Part shown: piece by piece, positions 53,664-64,000 of the stretch
How the letters are laid out: each line of letters opens with the position of its first letter
How positions within the stretch are numbered: the first letter of the stretch is position 1
NCBI GenBank assembly: GCA_951406725.2
Contig: OX597814.1
Span: 31,434,001 to 31,498,000, forward strand
DNA length: 64,000 nt
Source: Octopus vulgaris
Lineage: Eukaryota
Direction: 5' to 3'
Notes under the pieces: model-generated
Seen by the model: only the letters and a program-made list of their open reading frames with translations
Told to the model about the DNA's origin: nothing
Databases searched by the model: none
Position numbers and translations under genes: made by a program

Positions 53664-55302
53664 CATCCGTGTGTTAACGTCAAGTGACAATGTTTGGCGT
53701 CTTAAGCTAAGGCTGACATGGTTAAGTAAACGTGTAGTGACAGTACCAAATAGTCCAATGTTCTGACAAAAGTTCCTCCAACATAACTGATCTAGTCATG
53801 GCATTCATAGAAGTCCAGATATATGAGCTAAGATAAAATGTGGCTTGAACTTCCACAAGTATTTACTAGAAAACTGGAAACGTTACTTAGTTGACTGCCT
53901 GATTCAGTGCTCGTACACATTTAAACAGCTTATGGATTTCAGAAACCGAATCAACAGCATAAACAATAGTATCAACTTCACCAGGGAATACAGTAGAACC
54001 CAACTCCCATCCATACTAATCATCAAAAGAGATAAAATCATTGAAACAGACATACACTTCAAACAAGCAGATTCTGAACAATACCTACTGTACTCCTCCC
54101 GCCGTCCCATTTAATCTATTAAGAGGAATCTGCACAATTGTCTCAGATACTGAAACAATTAGAACTCCAAGAATTAAAACGAGTACTACTTAAAAGATGT
54201 CCATTAATGTTGATATACAATGGAATAGAAATTGCCAAAGCAATAGATATTCAAGAACAACGAAAAACAAAAAAAAAACACTCCAGATACATCCAATATA
54301 CTACACCTTAATACAACACACAACTCAAGAAACACGGAGGTTTACAATATTATTCCCCAGAATATGCTATTTCTATGACAAGACCCAGGAATGAAACAAA
54401 CATTAGAAATACACAAAATAATCAAAAGCAAAAGACAATGAAAGTCCCTCAAAAATTACTCACCAGTGCTAATTACCTTCAACATTTCCAACACCAACAG
54501 TCTAAATGTGTGCTCGTCCCAATTGTGGGACTTGCATTAACCTCATTGAATGTATATCATACAAATTCCTATCCGGACAGATTTTTACCATAAAAAACCG
54601 TTTTGCATGTTCTTCAAAGAATTTAATATACGCTATTAAATATCAAGGATGTAGCGAAGCTTACATAAGTCAAACAAAGGTTACTCTCAGAAATTGGTTG
54701 ACCATTCACCGACAACAAATACGAGGCCCCAGTACAAGACAGATTCTACTAAGTGGCCATATAGACATATGTGCAAATAATAAGTCCTTCAAATTCCAGA
54801 TCTTCTCACTCTACCTATGTTCAGTGAATACTACAGATGAAACACGGATACACAGAGAAATTCTTTCATACAAGAGTACAAGCCATAACTTAAAAAACTT
54901 TAATAGAGTACATACACAAATAGCTATTCACATACAAAACTCATTCTGTCACTTAATATGAGGAATCTACACAGCTAACAACTTAAACTTTAGCCACTGG
55001 ACTACATATACACAATTCTTGTCTGCTCTCTGACCTAGCAGATTAAATTTGGAGTGCCTTGATTGTAACTAAATACGTTCACTCAACTTTGTCGGCCTTA
55101 ATTTTCGGCACAAAATATACTGTCACGTGAAATTAAAACACAGAATATAACGAGAAACGTAGAAAAGGTTCTAAACTTAATCACATGACTGAAAATATTC
55201 AGAGATTTGATTGTTTGGTACTGTCAACAAACATGTTAACCTAACCATGGCAGCCTTAACTTACGACGCCAAGCATTGTCACTTGACATTAACAAACGGA
55301 CG
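53664..55302 (+). mobile_element. decayed Penelope-like element (RT C-terminal part + GIY-YIG endonuclease) with inverted terminal repeats
   Basis: WKRYLVDC, INFTREY..LP..ETDIHFKQADSEQYL, and C..PNCGTC...CSSKNLIYAI...C...YISQT...LRNWL..HRQQIR (Neptune-type Cys linker). 53664-53759 is inverted relative to 55205-55302. Confidence 0.88.
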
Positions 55303-55631
55303 AAGCCCCCTTCGATCATGAATGATCATGGGATTGCAACTAGATAGTTACCCTCCGAGGCACAAGTCTGGTCAAACTTGTTTCTGGAAGACCAACAGTC
55401 GCCCATGCATATCAGCCTCCCCTCTCCACGCCACCAGTTTTCCAAGAGAAAGGCAAAGGCCGATACAGCTTTGGCATCAGTGATGTCGCAACTCATTTCT
55501 ACCAGCTGAGTGAACTGGTGCAACGTGAAATAGTGCTTTGCTCAAGAATACAGCACACAGCGAGGTCCGGGAATCGAACTCATTGCCTCATGATTGCAAG
55601 ACCGACTCTCTAACCACTGATCCGCCTTCAC
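55303..55631 (-). mobile_element. tRNA-derived SINE family D
   Basis: Minus-strand head ..tcagtggttagagagtcggtcttgcaatcatgagg..gagttcgattccc, then ttcttgagcaaagcact...ccagttcactcagctg. Confidence 0.85.
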
Positions 55632-55718
55632 ACACATACTCTCTTACACACACACACATATATATGTATATATAAATTGTGAATGTTTTTGCTGTGTGCG
55701 TGTATGTGTGTTGTGTGG

Positions 55719-55762
<44 letters not shown>

Positions 55763-56296
55763 TGTGTGTGTGTGTGTGTGTATGCGTGTGTGTGTGTGTG
55801 TGTGTGTGTGCGTGCGTCTGTGAGGATGTGTATTTTGATAAACCAGTGGGCACTTTGTCTGATAGTCATTTCACTGACTGAAGCATCACGAACAAACAAT
55901 TAGAAATTTTACAGTTACAACATCAAACCTTATCAAATCTTTTCCAGCGTCAATTTCAACAGCAGGAGAAGTGAGTGGAAATTATTTTTCACATTTCTCA
56001 CCTCTTTCAGAACGAATAACGTGATCAGAGATACTTCTGTGATATAGAAGTGTTATAAGAGAGCACGATAAAACAGAATTTAGATGTCATGATATAGATT
56101 GTTATGAGGATCCAATAAAAAAAAATACCAACAACTGGATACATTTATCAGAAAATCATTAATAGTTCCCGCGGTTAGATCATTATTTTACTTGCAATAA
56201 TGTCAACGAAATTAGTAGAGTAACTATTAGAAACGTTAGAGAAATCTGATTACACTATGTTGGTGAAAATCCTGCATAATTCATTTAGGCAGGTAA

Positions 56297-56721
56297 GGCG
56301 GCGAGCTGGCAAAATCATTAGCACGCTGGATGAAATGCTTAGCGGTATTTTTCGTCGGCCGTTACGTTCTGAGTTCAAATTCCGCCGAGGTCGACTTTGC
56401 CTTTCATCCTTTCGGGATCGATTAAATAAGTACCAGTTACGCACTGGGGTCGATATAATCGACTTAATCCGTTTGTCTATCTTTGTTTGTCCCCTCTGTG
56501 TTTAGCCCCTTGTGGGTAATAAAGAAATAGAATTAGGTATTTCGTCTGCCGTTACGTTCTGAGTTCAAATTCCACCGAGGTCGACTTTGCCTTTCATACT
56601 TTGGGGGTTGATTAAATAAGTACCAAGTTACGCACTGGGGTCAATGTAATCGACTTAATCCCTGTGTTTGTCCTTCTTTGTCCCCTCTATGTTTCTCCCA
56701 CTGTAGGCAATAAACAAATAA
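56297..56721 (+). mobile_element. SINE family B dimer
   Basis: Two units inside one 15-bp TSD ataattcatttaggc (56276-56290, 56722-56736). Confidence 0.92.
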
Positions 56722-57796
56722 ATAATTCATTTAGGCTGGTATGTGTTTCTTTGTAGTAAAATCTAAAAAGTATATTTAAGTTTACTCAGAAATATTTTAC
56801 ATAATATGGCGAGTTATTTTTGCTTCTCTTTTTATATCTATTAAAATACGTGAGACAAAATAGCTATATAAAATTTCAGACTGCTATTATTTCTATCGGA
56901 AAAGAATTTAGATATGAAATTTATTAAAGATTAAAGCAACCAGACACTTTCACGCGCGCACACGTACACACGTACATGTACATGTCTGCTGAAATATTTG
57001 ATCCACGTGGAAGTTTCCAAATTCCCGATTGGATTTTGAATTTCTTCACATATATAATTTAAATACGGAAGTTTCTTATATTTGAGATTTCATTGCTTAA
57101 TGCATATATATACGTGCATGTGTTAAATGTATGTATATACACCTACTCATAAATACACTAACATGCGTAAGTAGAATCACACATGCACTCACACACAGTC
57201 ATACTCTCTCCCTTTCTTGCACTCACTCTCTCTGTCTCTCACGCACATACATACGCAAATGTATACATATTTACACGTCTATATATATGCATTTATATGT
57301 GTTTCTGTGAGCTTGCACCTGTCCCTGTTACTACGAATATATCTGTGTATGCGTGTGCAAGTTTCCATTTTATTTATTTCGTTTATGTCGAAAACTTTTT
57401 AACTCCAAATATAAAATTAATGAAAATAATTTTTCTTGACATTACTGCAAGCATTCTAAAAAGAAACTGAAAGCAAAAGACATGTCTGTAGGAATGTATA
57501 CATGTATGGATATATACTCACATATGTACGTATATATACACAAACATATATATGTATATATACTCAAAATCATTCGTAAGCATACATACAAGTAAAGTCG
57601 CATTCACTCATACTGTATACCTATGCAAGTATAAATGCATGCAGACGCACATACACATGCACATACACGCACACACACACACACATAAATATATAAGTAA
57701 ACATAGTTACATGTGTGGTCATGTATACGCAGGTATGTATGTGTATATATATATATATATAAATGAATATAAACATACATACATACATACATATAT

Positions 57797-57913
<117 letters not shown>

Positions 57914-59118
57914 CTATCTATATATGTATGTAGATATATATGTAGGTGGGGAGGTGGGTATGAAGATAGGTATATGACTAGAATGAGGAAAAAATTAAAT
58001 GATATTATAATGTGCTTGACTGGGATAACTATGTACTTTATTAACGTGTTGACTAGTTGTTTTCAAGTTTCGATGCTTAAGCTGGAAGAAAATAGAAAAT
58101 AAACAGAAAAAATTGTAAAATCTTCAGAAAAAAAAAATGAAGATTATTTTCAAGATATAAAACTGCAAAAGACTAGAAAAAATGTTTTACTGAACGTGCG
58201 TATATATGAAGAGAAACAGTGAAAAGCTTGGGGCAGTGAGAATAAACAATGAAACGGAGAAGTGGAATATATAATAGAAAGTTTTGAGAATCAGGTGCAC
58301 TTATCGTTGGGGTTAATCCAAGTGATAAGTTATTGAATGCACCAAAAGAACATTGCCGTCGGCTTCAAAAGCTGTTAAAGCATTGTTTTCCCGGAGATAC
58401 TGCGTAATGATGTTTCCAACTGTTAACCTCTGGGCGAACAGCTGTGCTTTGTCTCAACGGGAGCTTCGTGAGATGTGTGTAGTCGCTAACTGTATGTAAC
58501 ATTAGAATGTAGGAGTCACTGAAAACATTCAGCCACATCGGTGTTAGTTTATAAACCGAAAGAACACACGCACACACACGCACGTACTGTCAAAGACACA
58601 CACATACACACACACACACGCACAGACTCATAACTGAAACAGCAACGAAAATGATAAAAAAAAAAAACATAACTATGTGAGATATATAGTAAAAAGAAAT
58701 AGAAGCTTAAGAAAAATACATAACGAACGAGTAGCGAAATACCAATTATAATAACACGAACATGAATAAGAATGATAATAACAGCAGAAAATAATCGCAA
58801 AAACAACAAAGATAACAATTATATCAGGAGAACATATTTTAGACACTAATAATACTATGCTTATTTTCACTTAGGAAAACTGGTATTCAATGATGTTTAA
58901 TTCTTACTGATGCGGGCGGTATTAGTAGGTATTTAAAAGATATACTGACAATCTGACCTCACTTCTCACAAGGAAAATTCTTCTTACTCATAATGAAAAT
59001 ATATGCACATGCATAGTAATGGTATGCTCAAAACACAATCGACTATATTCAGACATACTTCCAGAGGTATGGTATCCTATCTGAGTGTATTTTACACGTG
59101 TGAGTGACCGTACCCAAG

Positions 59119-59149
<31 letters not shown>

Positions 59150-59325
59150 TATTTAAACATTTTTTTTGTTCTTTTCTTCCCTTTTACGATCCCTCTTGAT
59201 CGAAAACCTACGGCACCCCTTTTTTTTCTCTTTTGTTTTTTTTTTGTTTTTTCATCTCCAAAAGAAAAGCTCTACCTTGTAACTTGTCCCATCTGTGTGC
59301 AGCTCTGTGTGGCCAATAAAGAAAC

Positions 59326-59376
<51 letters not shown>

Positions 59377-59748
59377 ACTATTTATGCGAGTGACGAAACC
59401 ACTTTGAGCATGATCCTGTAAATCGTAAGAAAGAGAGAGATAGATAGAGAGAGAGAGAGAGCACTTTGCTCTCACGTGTTTATTTCCTCCCTGACTGAGG
59501 TTACCGTGGTCTTTTCTGTAGGCTTTTCTTCCCACGGATGAACCTAATCTTGTTTCTTACTCTTAAAAAAAATTCGTTTCTGTGATACACGATCCCTTTT
59601 GGTCGCTTTTTTTCCTTTTTTTTTTCCGATCCCTTTTGATCGGAATTATACATTTGTTTCCTTTTTCTTTTTCCATCGTCGAAAAGAAAAGCTCTACATT
59701 TGTATTTGTCCCCTCTGTATTTCAACCCTGTGTGGCCAATAAAGAAAG

Positions 59749-59847
<99 letters not shown>

Positions 59848-60277
59848 CCTATCTATCTATCTTGTAGCAAGGATGGTACGTATGAATGACGAAGCCACCT
59901 TGACTATGATTCTATGAACCATAAAAATTAATACAGGGAGTTGCTTATTTGCAAAAAAAAAAAGAAAAGAAAGAAATATAACATGTGACTTCATTGACCG
60001 AGGTTACCGTGGTCTTTTCCGTAGGCTTTTCTTTCCACGGGTAAACCTCACCTGTCCTCCCCTTTACACTTCATATTGACATTTCTGTGATAACGATCCC
60101 TATTGATCAATTTTTTTCCTCTCCCCCTTTTTTTTTAAGCCCCCCTTTTTTGTCCTCTTTCTCTACTTTTACGATCCCTTTTGATCGACCCCCCCCTTTT
60201 TTTTTACCTTCAAAAGAAAAGCTCTACCTTGTAATTTGTTCTATCTGTGTGCAGCCCTATGTGGCTAATAAAGAAAC
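59150..60277 (+). mobile_element. three tandem 5'-truncated LINE 3' ends separated by (TCTA)n
   Basis: Copies at ~59150-59325, 59384-59748 and 59863-60277 share acgatccc, aaagaaaagctctac and tgtggc.aataaagaaa. The longer two end an ORF with DETTLSMIL* and DEATLTMIL*. Confidence 0.85.
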
Positions 60278-60309
<32 letters not shown>

Positions 60310-60330
60310 CTATCCATCCATCCATCTTCA

Positions 60331-60361
<31 letters not shown>

Positions 60362-60815
60362 GTCTACACGTCTATCTATAACACCAAACGTATACATCTA
60401 TGCATATAACAATATGCATATATGCATATGATCACAAACCTATATTTACACACACATATATACACATGCTCACGTATACATACAAACATATATACAAGAA
60501 GCTATAGGTTATTACGAAGACATTGCATCTCCAGAATTTTTTGCAGTTATCGTGGAATTCCGCAACGGGAAACATCGTCATATGACTTGCAAGTACGTTG
60601 ACGTTTATCTGAAATATGATTTTCGTTACGGAATTACACCTAACAGCAAGAGTATTAAGGAACGTACATTTCTACAAGTCGATAACTGTACACACGCACA
60701 CACACACACACACTCATATACTTATCTACTTACATATATAATACATATATATGCGCATATATACACATATATACAAATACATGCATATATATATGTATAT
60801 ATCTATATCTATATC

Positions 60816-60889
<74 letters not shown>

Positions 60890-61068
60890 TATACATAGAA
60901 ATATATCTTTATACTTGTCTACATACGCCGTTTCCGCATTTAGCTAATACCTCTTAAATATACAAACAGAAACTCAAAACATAAGGCGATGCATTATACA
61001 TCTTACAGTGAAGTTTCTTTTCTACCCATATATATATATTTATTTGCTTGCGTATGTGTGAGTCTCTG

Positions 61069-61156
<88 letters not shown>

Positions 61157-61191
61157 TACATACATACGTACGTACATACATACATACATAG

Positions 61192-61267
<76 letters not shown>

Positions 61268-61756
61268 GTATGTACGTACAACATATATGCATCTATGTTT
61301 TAGTGAAGCAGATATCGTGCAACACACAATGCAGAGATAAGATTAATTATTGACGGATGAACCAAATGACTACTCCCTGTGGATATAACAAGAGTACTGA
61401 TGTTCTTTTGCTTTCCTCTTTTTTTTTCTTGTCATAGACAAGTGGTGCCGTATTTATCTTATATTTTTATGTATTTTTGTTACACTACGGATGAGTTATG
61501 CTAATAAATCCTAAAAACACATCACCCTCGCCGCCTGTTGTCCGTCTATAATTCTTTTCCCCAAAATATTTTCTCTGATACTAAATCTGTGGTCCTCTTT
61601 TTTATTGGTTATATATATTTGGAAATGCTTTAGATTTTCAACTGTTTTTTTTAACACCACTAGTGTTGGGTTTATGTGTTTAGTTTGATGTGATTAGTTG
61701 TTACATGCATAAGAACGTGTCGTATGCGTATGTTTGCGGTTGTTGTCCACAGTGAA

Positions 61757-61983
61757 GGCGTCGAGCTTGGAGAAACGTTAGTACGCCGAGCGAAATGCTT
61801 AGCGGTATTTCGTCTGCCGTTACGTACTGAGTTCAAATTCTGCCGAGGTCGACTTTGCCTTTCATCCTTTCGGGGTCGATAAATTAAGTACCAGTTACGC
61901 GCTGGGGACGATATAATCGACTTAATCTGTCTGTCATTGTTTGTCTCCTCTGTGTTTAGCCCCTTGTGGGTAGTAAAGAAATA
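61757..61983 (+). mobile_element. SINE family B
   Basis: Consensus match; TSD gttgtccaca. Confidence 0.9.
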
Positions 61984-62970
61984 GGTTGTCCACATTTTCA
62001 TGAAATATTATTGTATATTTTTGCTTCTATTACTTTGTTGGTGGTTAGGAAATGCTGTTGTAGTATTTGCTTTTATATCGAGTGTATACCTCCGTGTGTG
62101 TTAGTGTGTGTATGTATGTGAGTATGTGTGTATGTGTGTGTTTCTTTGTATGTGTGTGTGCGCGTGTGTGTGTAGTTTATGTAGTCTCTGTTATCTCTTA
62201 GCATTGCGTGTGTTTTTATATTTAGAAAGAATATTTACTTCAATATATAATACTGGGGCATTGTATTCCTATAAAGCATGTTGATAGAGTAGGGACGTTT
62301 CCTGCTTTCTATTGTACGCTCGTTTGTTTTTTCTGAAAATATTTCCTGTACTCCACGGACCGTTTTCTCTATTCAACTTGTAGTCATAAAAATTTCTTGA
62401 AAGAAAATTCGAAATCTAACTTTAAACGTCTTTTGCTTTGCTGATATTGTGTGGCATTCAGGTTTTTCTGAACGGTATTAGCGATGTTAATGCGATGAAA
62501 TATTTGCTGAAAATTGTTTAGAATATTTAGTGACCATATGTGTTTCTTTTGTTCAGGTCTTATTGTAAACATAACAGAAAATATTGAGTCATTAAAATGT
62601 AAAATAAAAAAAAGTAATTTTTCTTAGCTCTAATTATTAGTATTACAAATTACCACATATTAAACATATTCGAATTTATTTAGCTTGTATGTTCGCCCTT
62701 TTTAAGATGGCGGAGTAGAATTTGAAAGCAATGTCATTTCACTTAAGACTCAATGAGTGACTGCATGTGGTCCAGATTGTCTACGTATCAAGGATATAAT
62801 TCATAAGATTCATCACAGCATGCCCGAACATATAGTATTGTGCTTAAGGAAACGGCCTGAGCTTATAACTGGAGAAACAGATACACGTCTCACATCTATC
62901 TGTTTCATAGACTAAAAATAAGTACATGTCAGATAACTTTTGGATCAGAACGACCACGATTGAAACAAAT

Positions 62971-63373
62971 TCTCTTTTACTCTTTTACTCTTTTACTTGT
63001 TTCAGTCATTTGACTGTGGCCATGCTGGAGCACCGCCTTTAGTCGAGCAAATCGACCCCGGGACTTATTCTTTGTAAGCTCAGTACTTATTCTATCGGTC
63101 TCTTTTGCCGAACCGCTAAGTGACGGGGACGTAGACACACCAGCATCGGTTGTCAAGCAATGCTAGGGGGACAAACACAGACACACAAACACACACATAC
63201 ATATACATATATACGACAGGCTTCTTTCAGTTTCCGTCTACCAAATCCACTCACAAGGCTTTGGTCGGCCCGAGGCTATAGTAGAAGACACTTGCCCAAG
63301 GTGCTACGCAGTGGGACTGAACCCGGAACCATGTGGTTTGTAAACAGGCTACTTACCACACAGCCACTCCTGT
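62971..63373 (-). mobile_element. SINE family C
   Basis: Full-length copy with (ctctttta)n tail on the plus strand. Confidence 0.92.
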
Positions 63374-63794
63374 CTACAATAATTATAATACGTTACTGAT
63401 CTACAGCTAAACATCAAAGAAAACCGCACAACTCTCACCTTCACACACAAGCACAGGCTACATTTGATAAATCAGAAACAGAAATGTTGAGTAAAACAAT
63501 AAATGAGTAAAGCGAAGCTCCAGCAACGTTAGACAAACAATGCTACAGTTATATTGGAATATAAAAAAACAACAACATTCTATCACAATTTTTTTTTTTT
63601 GTAAGAGTAAGCAAAGAGAAATATTATTACTGTGCTACATCATTGATATAATCTACAGTTTCGTATGTGAATGACAAAGAAATAAATACTTATACTGGAA
63701 GCTATATATTTTATACAGAAGCTATGCGAAAAACATCTTTCAGTTAATTAGAGTTGGTTATTAAAACACAGTTTCTAACATAACTATTAGCCAC

Positions 63795-63887
<93 letters not shown>

Positions 63888-64000
63888 TGTGTGTGTGTGG
63901 GGGGTTGTATAAAGTATATTAACATATTACTGTTCTTATGTCAAGTTATATATAAAAATATTTTAACATTAAACTAATGCACAATACTTTTCAATAGAGT

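Noticed and set aside
58330-58530. GC-richer island with short open frames
   Set aside because: No convincing splice pair and no recognisable protein.

Overview
AT-rich, microsatellite-dense animal genomic DNA with no intact protein-coding gene. The SINE families and repeat landscape look like an octopus/cephalopod genome (inference from recalled repeat families, not a database result). Almost all ORFs in the supplied track are translations of simple repeats or SINEs. Recognisable content: (i) about 20 tRNA-derived SINE copies from about 5 families; (ii) decayed non-LTR retrotransposons, namely an R4/Dong-like RT+RLE element in (TAA)n, a second RLE family and three 5'-truncated LINE 3' ends in (TCTA)n; (iii) a decayed Penelope-like element (RT + GIY-YIG) with inverted terminal repeats; (iv) non-autonomous Helitrons, mariner-derived MITEs and a Chapaev3-like transposase remnant; (v) three candidate minus-strand micro-exons. 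The most striking unexplained structure is a set of type I hammerhead ribozyme motifs, canonical at 8159, 12983(-), 13480 and 41724 and variant or partial at about seven further sites, most with a short palindromic helix III. Two of them sit in non-coding, terminally redundant ~470-500 nt units preceded by an inverted partial copy and inserted in (TA)n, a retrozyme/Penelope-parasite-like architecture. One sits in the tail of a tRNA-headed SINE.
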